Below, piece after piece: positions 56,642 to 64,000 of a stretch of DNA of 64,000 bases. The position numbers and the translations under genes were made by a program. This stretch comes from an uncultured bacterium (GTDB lineage: Bacteria; Zhuqueibacterota; QNDG01; DTFT01). Location: assembly GCA_963736115.1 (NCBI GenBank), contig CAVTNR010000022.1, positions 96,822 through 160,821 on the forward strand, read 5' to 3'. Position 1 is the first letter of the stretch. Every line of letters starts with the position of its first letter. Below the pieces are notes generated by a model. The model was not told the origin of the DNA, searched no databases, and was given only the letters and a program-made list of their open reading frames with translations.

Positions 56642-58039
56642 CTACCGGCCCCGCCTGTTCCCGCGGCCGAAGGCGGATGAATCCACGGCCTTGTCGGCCG
56701 CCTTCTTCTTCGGGGCGATGCGGTCCAGAACCGCGCTCGCATTATCGGACCGGCTTCTGCCGGACCGGCTGCCGCCGGACCTGTCCTGGCCGGAACGGGT
56801 CCGGTCTGAACCGTCCCGATGGGATCGGCCCCGGTCGGACCGGTTTCCTCCACTGCTCCGTCCGGAAGCAGGCGTTTGAGCGGGCCTCGCGGGATGCGCG
56901 GTTCGAACGGGCGCTTCCACGCCGTAGTCGAACCCTTCCAGCTTCCTCCGCTCCAGGGGCTTTCCGATGATTTTTTCCAGCGACCGGATCATGTCCGCGT
57001 CGTCCGGCACGGTCAGGGTGAACGCGTCACCCGTCCTTTCCGCCCGGCCCGTCCGGCCGATGCGGTGAATATACGCGTCCGGCGTGTCCGGCATGTCGAA
57101 ATTGATGACATGCGTGACCGTCTCCACATCAAGCCCGCGCGCCGCGATGTCCGTGGCAACCAGAATGCGGATTGACCCGTCGCGGAAACTGTTCAACGCG
57201 GCCTGCCTCTGGCCCTGGGTCCGGTCGCTGTGCAGGCTCGCCACCTTAAAGCCGGACTCCTTGACCTGCCGTGCCAATTTCTCGGCGCGGTGCCGCGTGC
57301 GCGTAAAGACCAGCACCGAGCCGGACCCGGTCCGTTCGAGCAGTCCGACCAGGAGGCGCGCTTTCAGGTGGTGCGGAACAGGGAACAGGGCGTGCGCGAC
57401 GGTGTGCGCCGGCTTGGTGAGACCGATGGCAACGCGCTTGGGGTGGCGAAGATTCTCGGCCGCGAGCTTTTCCACCTCTTCCGGAAATGTAGCGGAAAAC
57501 AGCAGGGTCTGGTGTTGCCGGGGAAGGCGGCCCAGGATGCGCCGGACCGAGGGCAGGAAACCCATGTCGAACATACGGTCGGCTTCGTCCAGGACGAGGG
57601 TCTGGATGCCGTCGAATTTCGCGTGACCCTGGTCCATGAGGTCCAGCAGGCGGCCGGGGCAAGCCACCAGCACTTCTGTGCCGTCGCGCATGGCCTTGAC
57701 CTGCGGGCCCTGGCCCACACCGCCGTACACGGTCGCGGAACGGATCTTTGTGCCCGACGCGAACAGGGTGAATGTCTGGTGGATCTGCTCCGCCAGTTCG
57801 CGGGTCGGCGTAAGTACGAGCGTGGCTGTATGGCCCCGCCGGATGGCGAGCAGCCGCTGGAGGATGGGCAGGACGAATGCGGCGGTCTTGCCCGTGCCGG
57901 TCTGGGCCGTGCCGATGCAGTCATGCCCGGCCAGCACGGCGGGAATGGCCTCTTCCTGAACCGGGGTCGGCACAGTGTAGCCGGCGCGGACCACAGCCGC
58001 GAGAATGCGTGGATCCAGATTGAATTTTTTGAAACCCAT
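56642..58039 (-). CDS. DEAD-box RNA helicase (RhlE-like)
   Basis: PTPVQ, AQTGTGKT, PTRELA, LDEAD, SAT, ARGLD and HRIGRTGR; RS/RG-rich tail. Confidence 0.96.
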   Translation of the reverse strand: MGFKKFNLDPRILAAVVRAGYTVPTPVQEEAIPAVLAGHDCIGTAQTGTGKTAAFVLPILQRLLAIRRGHTATLVLTPTRELAEQIHQTFTLFASGTKIRSATVYGGVGQGPQVKAMRDGTEVLVACPGRLLDLMDQGHAKFDGIQTLVLDEADRMFDMGFLPSVRRILGRLPRQHQTLLFSATFPEEVEKLAAENLRHPKRVAIGLTKPAHTVAHALFPVPHHLKARLLVGLLERTGSGSVLVFTRTRHRAEKLARQVKESGFKVASLHSDRTQGQRQAALNSFRDGSIRILVATDIAARGLDVETVTHVINFDMPDTPDAYIHRIGRTGRAERTGDAFTLTVPDDADMIRSLEKIIGKPLERRKLEGFDYGVEAPVRTAHPARPAQTPASGRSSGGNRSDRGRSHRDGSDRTRSGQDRSGGSRSGRSRSDNASAVLDRIAPKKKAADKAVDSSAFGRGNRRGR

Positions 58040-58249
58040 TCAAGTTCCTTTTCTGAAGATGAACCCCCTCCATCGGGCCCGTTCCGCTGAAGGGTCGGCA
58101 TTTCATCACCCGGATGATCGTGAACGGAAATCGCTTCGGGGGGAATTCCGCGGTCAGCAGGGGCTCCGGAACGGGCGTGCCGGAGCCATCGGGGAGATGT
58201 TATAACCCTATAATTTAACGACGAAAGATCGAAAAAACAAGTGGAATCA

Positions 58250-59890
58250 TCAGGTTCCGCCGGCGCCGGTTGGGCCGTTTTTCACGGCGGATCCGGGGCC
58301 GGCCTCATCCGCGGCCGAACGGGAAACGTAAAGGGTTCCGGCCTCCCCCCCGTCCGCGGCCTCGACCATATAGGTTCTCACGGCTTCCGCGAGTTCCTCG
58401 GGCCACAGCCCGCCCCATGCCGGATGCGCAGGCCTTATGATCACCGCGCCGATTTCCCCTTTTTCAATCATGGACAGGAGCCGCTCGTGACCGGTCCGGC
58501 CGATCATGGTCGTGAGGGGGAAATCATAGGGCGTCGGGTTTTCCAGTTCGGCGGCCAGAGAATAGAACCCGCATTGCACATCCAGAAGGAATACCCGGCG
58601 GTTCGGTGCCGCTTGCCGGATCCATTCTGTTGTCCGCACCAAGTTTTCATATTCTCCGCATCGGATCGGCATGTGCCTGAAATGGGGCAGATCGGACCGG
58701 CAGGAGCCCTGGCCCAGCAGGGACCGCGCCGCGTGCAAGCCGAGAAACAGGCCGCCTGCGGAAAGCCAGACGAGGCCGGCGAAGAAAACCAGCCGCCGGG
58801 TCCGCAAGCCGGCGAGGGCCTGAAACCGCCTTCCGATGAAGAAAAGACCCAGGCCGAGTCCGGGGATGAGAATGCCCATGTGCGCGAAATCAAAACGCGG
58901 ATAAGAACCTGCGATCGAAGCGATCGAGAAGAAGAACAGCAGGGCCGTGAAGCGGCGGTCCGCGCCGCTGAGGCGGAAACGGAGAAAGGCCAGGCCCGGA
59001 AGCACGATGAGCGGCAGGAGCCAGGGCAGATTGAAATAAGCCTGCCTCAATCCCTGCCAGGACGGAGAGAATGGAAACAGGAACAATTCACGCAACTGGT
59101 CCACATAACGGATGGAGGCCAGCCGCAGGTACGGGCCTTTCGATAGAAACCCGTAGTTCAGAAAGGCTCCGGCTGTTCCGGTCGCCAGCATGGGCAGAGC
59201 CGCGAGAAGAAAAAGCACAGCGAAGAACGGGAGCGCCAGGCGTACCGCCGAGCGCATGAACCAGCCCGCGGAACGGCGTTCCGCCAGGGTTCGTTCCAGC
59301 AGAACCGCGCCCGCGGCAGCGAGCGCCAGACCGCCGATGGTCTGCTTGCAGGCCGCGCCGAGACCAGCCGCGATTCCGGCTTCGATCAGGCGGCGGCCGG
59401 TTCCCTCCGAACCCCCTTCCCGTATCCAGGCGGCGCAGCGCTCGAGACAGGCCGCCAGGAACAGGACAGCGGTCGGATTGTACATGGAATTCGGGTATGG
59501 GGGCGCGTAGACGAGCAGGAAAGCGATGCTGATCAGCGTCCAGCGGGGAGATCCGAAGCCCATATGCCGGGCGGCACGGACGAAGAAAAGAACTGTGAAT
59601 GCGAAGCAGACCGCGAGCAGAATCTTGGTGGTGAAAATCTGCGTACCGAACAGAAGGCAGGCAAGGGATGCCGCGTGAACCGGCAAAGGGGGCGTATCAT
59701 AGGCGATGTCCCGGTACAGTGTCTCTCCGGACATGAAACGCCGGGTGACCTGGAGAAACCAGCTTTCGTCCAGCAGATTGACGCCCATGCCCCAGCAGAA
59801 AACGATGCCCGCGCCGAAGCAGAACAGCCACAGAATCAGACTGTTCCGGTGTTTAAGGAAATTATGAGACAATGCGGGGAAAAACAGCAC
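58250..59890 (-). CDS. Polytopic membrane protein, GT-C candidate (paralog of 50932-52548)
   Basis: DESWFLQV, GETLYRDI, YPNSMYNP, KQTIG, YPRFD and PYDFPLTT; GTG start after GGAGG. Confidence 0.7.
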   Translation of the reverse strand: MLFFPALSHNFLKHRNSLILWLFCFGAGIVFCWGMGVNLLDESWFLQVTRRFMSGETLYRDIAYDTPPLPVHAASLACLLFGTQIFTTKILLAVCFAFTVLFFVRAARHMGFGSPRWTLISIAFLLVYAPPYPNSMYNPTAVLFLAACLERCAAWIREGGSEGTGRRLIEAGIAAGLGAACKQTIGGLALAAAGAVLLERTLAERRSAGWFMRSAVRLALPFFAVLFLLAALPMLATGTAGAFLNYGFLSKGPYLRLASIRYVDQLRELFLFPFSPSWQGLRQAYFNLPWLLPLIVLPGLAFLRFRLSGADRRFTALLFFFSIASIAGSYPRFDFAHMGILIPGLGLGLFFIGRRFQALAGLRTRRLVFFAGLVWLSAGGLFLGLHAARSLLGQGSCRSDLPHFRHMPIRCGEYENLVRTTEWIRQAAPNRRVFLLDVQCGFYSLAAELENPTPYDFPLTTMIGRTGHERLLSMIEKGEIGAVIIRPAHPAWGGLWPEELAEAVRTYMVEAADGGEAGTLYVSRSAADEAGPGSAVKNGPTGAGGT

Positions 59891-60050
59891 GGTTTCCTCC
59901 CGAATCAGAAAAACGGGCGTGTTTCGCGATGGGTCAGCGGAAAACGCCGTTTCCGGTAACGATTTACATATAATACAGTTTCATATGGAGGAATGCAAGA
60001 GAAAAAGGTTTTGTCGGAGTCTGTTCCACGCGCCGGGAATGCGATTATCC

Positions 60051-60080
60051 ATTGCGCTTGACAGCTGTTTTTAATACATT
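60051..60080 (+). promoter_or_regulatory. Putative promoter, duplicated at 61628-61657
   Basis: ATTGCGCTT-N7-GTTTTTAATACATT, i.e. TTGCGC-17-TACATT. Confidence 0.55.
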
Positions 60081-60163
60081 CTGGACGGGCCTTCCCATAC
60101 GATGGTGAGGGGAAGGCTCGATTCCGGGGAGGGCCGTCAGAGACAGGAGTGCAGGAAAAAGAC

Positions 60164-61423
60164 ATGACTGTTCGTCGTATGAAAAAGGGGGAGGGCGAAA
60201 AGCGCGGGCCGGCCGGGAAATCGAAGCCGGCCGTCAGGGCGGGCGCGTCCCGGAAGCGGAACGCCAAGCCGGCCCCGAAGCGGACTTCGGATTTTTCGGC
60301 CCGGCTGACGCAGCTGTTGTCCAGAATCAACGCCCTTTCCAAAACAGAGGACGTCGACAGCCTGTGCCGCATGGCCGTGGAATACTCGCTGCAGGGAATC
60401 GGCTTCGACCGGGCAGGCATCTGGCTTTTCACCGAGGACGGCAAAAGCCTGGTCGGCAAGTTCGGAACAGACACGCTGGGGCAGCTCCAGGACGAGCGGG
60501 GGCTCACCCTTCCCCTGGATCATCCGCCCGTACAGGCCATTTTCGAGAGCCGGGAACCCGCGCTGTTCCTCAAGCGCGACGAGCTCCGGAACGAACGGGC
60601 GGAGGTGGTCGGCCGGGGGAACCATATCATGGCCGGTCTGTGGAACGGCGAACAGGCCGTGGGTTTCTTCGCCGCGGACAATCTGGTCACCGGCAGGCGG
60701 ATCACCGTGCAGCAGCAGGAGCTCCTCGGACTGCTCGCTGTTTCCGTCGGGCATCTCTGCACTCTCAAACGGGCGGAGGAGCGGATCCGGGCGGAAATCC
60801 GCGAGAAGGAAATGCTGATCCGCGAGACCAACCACCGCGTGAAGAACAACATGCAGATCATCGCCAGCCTGCTGAACCTGCAGGCCCGCCACAGTACGGA
60901 TCCGTCGGTGGTTCGCATGTTCCGCGAGAGCCGGCTCCGGATACAGGCGATGGCCCAGGTGCACGAAATGCTTTACTCGTCGCACGTGCCCAGTCGGCTC
61001 GATTTCGGTCGTTATGTCGAATCGCTCACGGAAAAACTCAAGGTGTCCTTCGGGACGGACCGGAAGGGGATCGTTTTCCTGTTCGATACGGAACCCGTTC
61101 TCCTGGACGTGGATGCGGCCGTGCCGTGCGGCCTGATCGTGCAGGAACTGATCTCCAATGTGCTGAAATACGCTTTCCCGGAAGGCTGGGCGGGGAATCC
61201 GGAAGTCCGGATTTCCGTGCATCAGCCGGACGGCGACTGTGAGCTGACGGTCCGGGACAACGGCGTCGGGCTCCCGACTTCCCTGGATGTCGAAAAAACC
61301 GAGACGCTGGGCCTCAGCCTGGTCCGCCTGCTGGGCCGGGATCAGCTCAAGGGGACGATGGACATCCGGAACGTGCCCGGCGCAGGCGTGGAGTTCCGGA
61401 TCCGGTTCAGGCCGAAGGTGTAA
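60164..61423 (+). CDS. Cytoplasmic GAF plus HisKA_2-type sensor histidine kinase
   Basis: EKEMLIRETNHRVKNNMQIIASLLNLQ, VHEMLY, ELISNVLKYAF, DNGVG and TLGLSLV. Confidence 0.92.
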   Translation: MTVRRMKKGEGEKRGPAGKSKPAVRAGASRKRNAKPAPKRTSDFSARLTQLLSRINALSKTEDVDSLCRMAVEYSLQGIGFDRAGIWLFTEDGKSLVGKFGTDTLGQLQDERGLTLPLDHPPVQAIFESREPALFLKRDELRNERAEVVGRGNHIMAGLWNGEQAVGFFAADNLVTGRRITVQQQELLGLLAVSVGHLCTLKRAEERIRAEIREKEMLIRETNHRVKNNMQIIASLLNLQARHSTDPSVVRMFRESRLRIQAMAQVHEMLYSSHVPSRLDFGRYVESLTEKLKVSFGTDRKGIVFLFDTEPVLLDVDAAVPCGLIVQELISNVLKYAFPEGWAGNPEVRISVHQPDGDCELTVRDNGVGLPTSLDVEKTETLGLSLVRLLGRDQLKGTMDIRNVPGAGVEFRIRFRPKV

Positions 61424-61430
61424 AGGAAAA

Positions 61431-61616
61431 AGTTCCGGGTTTCGAGTGAATAGTGTAGTCTGTCACGTCTCGACTCGGAACCCGAAACCCGAAACCTTGG
61501 GTCTCCCCCTACCTGGATCCCCGACAAAAGAATTCGGGGATGACTCCCCCCGATCATCACGAACCCGAAACTCGGAACTCGGGGAACTCGGAACTCGGAA
61601 CTCGGAACTCGGAACC
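61431..61616. repeat. Heptamer-array element with an embedded REP-like palindrome
   Basis: agttccgggtttcgag ... ctcggaacccgaaacccgaaacc; gatccccgacaaaagaattcggggatgac (61516-61544, 28/29 identical to 23183-23211); then about seven (CGGAACT)-type units. Confidence 0.85.
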
Positions 61617-61664
61617 TTTTATTATTGATTGCGCTTTTGTCCGGTTTTTAATACATTTCATTTC

Positions 61665-64000
61665 ATGACCATCCCGTTTCCCAATCCGCTCAATCGTATT
61701 TTCCGGCGGGCCGGACGCTTTATCCGCTTTCCGGAGATTGGCCTGCTGATCGTCGCGTGCGCGGGACTGACCCTTCTCCAGAGCGTTTTCGATTTTCCCG
61801 GAGACGCGGACGCCGGCCTTCTGCTTCGGATCCGCGGTCACCGGGACCTTGCCCCTTCATTCCGTCTTATTGTCATCGATGAACCGGACATTCAGGCCAT
61901 GGGCGGCTGGCCCGTCACGCGGGACTACTACGCCTTCCTCGTCCATGTTCTGTCCGAAAGCAGGGCGGCTGCGATCGGGCTGGACATTCTACTGGATTCC
62001 CCGAACCGGATGTATCCCGAATACGATCGGCTGCTCGCGGATTTCATGGCCGGCTCCGGCAAGGTGGTGCTGCCCTTCGTCCTGGGCCCGGCCCCGGCCG
62101 GTGATTCATCCGGAAGTCTGTTCCCGTTCCGCGGATTCCGCGATGCTGCCGCGGCAGTCGGTTTCAGCGACCTGGGCGGCGAAGCCGTCATCCGCCGTAT
62201 CCCGATCGTGACCGGAGGGCCGGATTCTCCCGTCCCTTCTTTCGGCCTGGCCATGGCTTCGACCGCGGCCGGCGGCCGGATCCGGCTGGAGCGGGACCGC
62301 GTCATCCTCTCCGCGGCCGGAAAAAAAGACATCCGCGTGCCGGTCGACCGCGAGGGGAGGATGCGGCTGAATCCGGCGGGCGGCCTGTCCTCGATCCGCT
62401 GCGTCCGGATTTCCAACCTGCTGCGGATGTGGGAAACGGCCCCGGATTCAATCGACTTCAGCGGCGTACTGGCATTCGCGGCTGCCACCGCGCCGTCCCT
62501 GCCCGTGCTCAAGGCCACGGCTCTCGACGATCCGGTTCCCGCGTCCGTGATTCAAGCCACGGCAGCGGAAAACATACTGGCCGGGAACTGGCTGAGGGAT
62601 CCCGGTCTCCTTCTCTCCCTGTTTTGGATCATGGTCTGGGCGGTGCCGGGCTTTTTCATCTCACGGTTCCGGCGTTTCCGGATCCGGTTTCTCTGGCTCT
62701 CGGCCGCGTTTCTCTGCGCCAGTCTCCTGGCCGCGGCGGCACTGGCTCTTTTCAAGGTGGTGCTTCCTGTGTTTGCGTCCGCCGCGTTTCTGGTCGTGTC
62801 CGCCGTCTTATTCAGGCGGGGATGGGCCGGTCGGCCGGGCGGAATCAGCGACGCTCTCAGAGAACAGCTCCGGCTGAAGGAAGAGGCGCTGGCCGAGGCG
62901 GAACAGCGGCTGGACGAGGTCCACTCGGCCCTGGCCGCGGAAACGGCCGAACGTCTGGCGCTGTCCGAGGCGGGCCGCCGTCTCGGGGAGGAGAAAGAAG
63001 CGGCCGTTCTCGAGCTCGAGAAACAGGTCCGCGACCTGAGGGAATCGGTCGAAACGGAGCCGCGGCGTTCGGATTTCCCGGAAATCGTGCACGGGCCCGG
63101 AAGTCCCATGATACGGATTCTCGAAGCCGCGGAGAAAGTCGCGGCGGACGACATCCCGGTTTTGGTCCGCGGAGAGACGGGCACGGGGAAGGAAATGGTC
63201 GCGCGGGCCGTACACCGGGCCGGTCCGCGGCGGGACAGGCCTTTCGTCGCGGTCAACTGCGGCGCGCTGTCCGAACCGCTCCTCGAAAGCGAACTGTTCG
63301 GCCACGAGCGGGGCGCGTTTACGGGCGCTCAGGCCCGGAGGCGGGGCCGTTTCGAGCTTGCCGAAGGCGGTACGCTGTTCCTCGACGAGGTGACTGAAAC
63401 GTCCCCCGGATTCCAGGCCCGCCTCCTCCGCGTGCTCCAGGACGGCACGTTCGAGCGCGTCGGAGGGGAGAAGACGCTCTGCGCGCATGTACGCATCATG
63501 GCCGCGCACAACCGGAATCTGGAAAAGGAAGTCCGGGAGGGCCGGTTCCGCGAGGACCTGTACTTCAGGCTCAAGGGTTTCGTTCTCGATCTACCGGCCC
63601 TGCGGGAAAGACCCGGGGACATTCCGGTGCTGGCGCGATTCTTCGTCTCCAAATACGGCCGGGACGCGTCCATTGGAATTTCGGACGCGGCAATGGAACG
63701 GATGTGCGGCTACCGATGGCCGGGCAATGTGCGCGAACTGGAAAATACCGTGCGCAGGGCCGTGCTCCTGGCGCGAAGCGCGGACCAACCCCTCATCCGG
63801 GCCGCTGATCTGCCGGACGAGGTGCGGCCGGAAACGGACGGCGCGGAGCCGCCGTTGTACCATCCGCTGGAAACCCAGGTCCTTGAAATGCTGAGAGTCT
63901 TCCGCTTTTCGCGTTCCGCGATCAGCGAGACCGCCCGCGCCCTCGGAAACCGCGACCGCGGCACGGTCACCGAGCATTTCCGGGGGTTGTGTTTCCAGTT
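61665..64000 (+). CDS. CHASE2-TM-sigma54 enhancer-binding protein fusion, truncated by the window end
   Basis: Not in the ORF track (open-ended). IVIDEPDIQAMGGWPVTR...AIGLDIL (CHASE2), hydrophobic helices, a coiled coil, then GETGTGKE, ESELFGHERGAFTGA, LFLDE, FREDLYFRL and WPGNVREL in the same frame as ATG 61665. Confidence 0.88.
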   Translation, partial: MTIPFPNPLNRIFRRAGRFIRFPEIGLLIVACAGLTLLQSVFDFPGDADAGLLLRIRGHRDLAPSFRLIVIDEPDIQAMGGWPVTRDYYAFLVHVLSESRAAAIGLDILLDSPNRMYPEYDRLLADFMAGSGKVVLPFVLGPAPAGDSSGSLFPFRGFRDAAAAVGFSDLGGEAVIRRIPIVTGGPDSPVPSFGLAMASTAAGGRIRLERDRVILSAAGKKDIRVPVDREGRMRLNPAGGLSSIRCVRISNLLRMWETAPDSIDFSGVLAFAAATAPSLPVLKATALDDPVPASVIQATAAENILAGNWLRDPGLLLSLFWIMVWAVPGFFISRFRRFRIRFLWLSAAFLCASLLAAAALALFKVVLPVFASAAFLVVSAVLFRRGWAGRPGGISDALREQLRLKEEALAEAEQRLDEVHSALAAETAERLALSEAGRRLGEEKEAAVLELEKQVRDLRESVETEPRRSDFPEIVHGPGSPMIRILEAAEKVAADDIPVLVRGETGTGKEMVARAVHRAGPRRDRPFVAVNCGALSEPLLESELFGHERGAFTGAQARRRGRFELAEGGTLFLDEVTETSPGFQARLLRVLQDGTFERVGGEKTLCAHVRIMAAHNRNLEKEVREGRFREDLYFRLKGFVLDLPALRERPGDIPVLARFFVSKYGRDASIGISDAAMERMCGYRWPGNVRELENTVRRAVLLARSADQPLIRAADLPDEVRPETDGAEPPLYHPLETQVLEMLRVFRFSRSAISETARALGNRDRGTVTEHFRGLCFQ

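Noticed and set aside
58040-58210. Long GC-rich leader of the DEAD-box helicase
   Set aside because: Long leaders are common for such helicase genes and no specific RNA motif was recognised.
66-63977. Many long overlapping or antisense ORFs in the track (e.g. 25325-27118 +, 44249-45901 +, 35996-37387 +)
   Set aside because: Shadow ORFs of GC-rich genes with no protein motifs.
1-64000. tRNA, rRNA, transposase or prophage genes
   Set aside because: None recognised by eye.

Overview
GC-rich bacterial chromosomal window. The 'F.L.QN.PNPFNP' C-terminal sorting domains suggest an FCB-group organism such as candidate division KSB1 (inference). Left to right it holds: a xylan/glycan cluster (GH3, GH13, GH67, GH31-PA14); an orphan receiver/CheB pair; larE-larB-larC nickel-pincer cofactor genes with no larA in the window; bfr, cupin, BON-LysM and ldh; an AT-rich integron-type cassette array (two clear attC sites, an attI-like site preceded by five ~15-bp quasi-palindromic repeats, and no integrase); an S9 peptidase and a CotH-like secreted protein; an aryl-acid uptake/CoA-ligation cluster (porin, SSS symporter plus small accessory protein, two paaK, ACT, PaaI, FabK/NMO-like enzyme, frameshifted aminotransferase); rhomboid, M23, MBL and ispG; a GT2/methyltransferase/GT-C module; a radical SAM enzyme, a DEAD-box helicase, a histidine kinase and a membrane-anchored CHASE2-sigma54 activator cut by the window end. 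The intergenic DNA carries heptamer-array inverted-repeat elements, REP-like palindromes and two short duplications of gene 3' ends. All calls come from reading the sequence; no searches were run.
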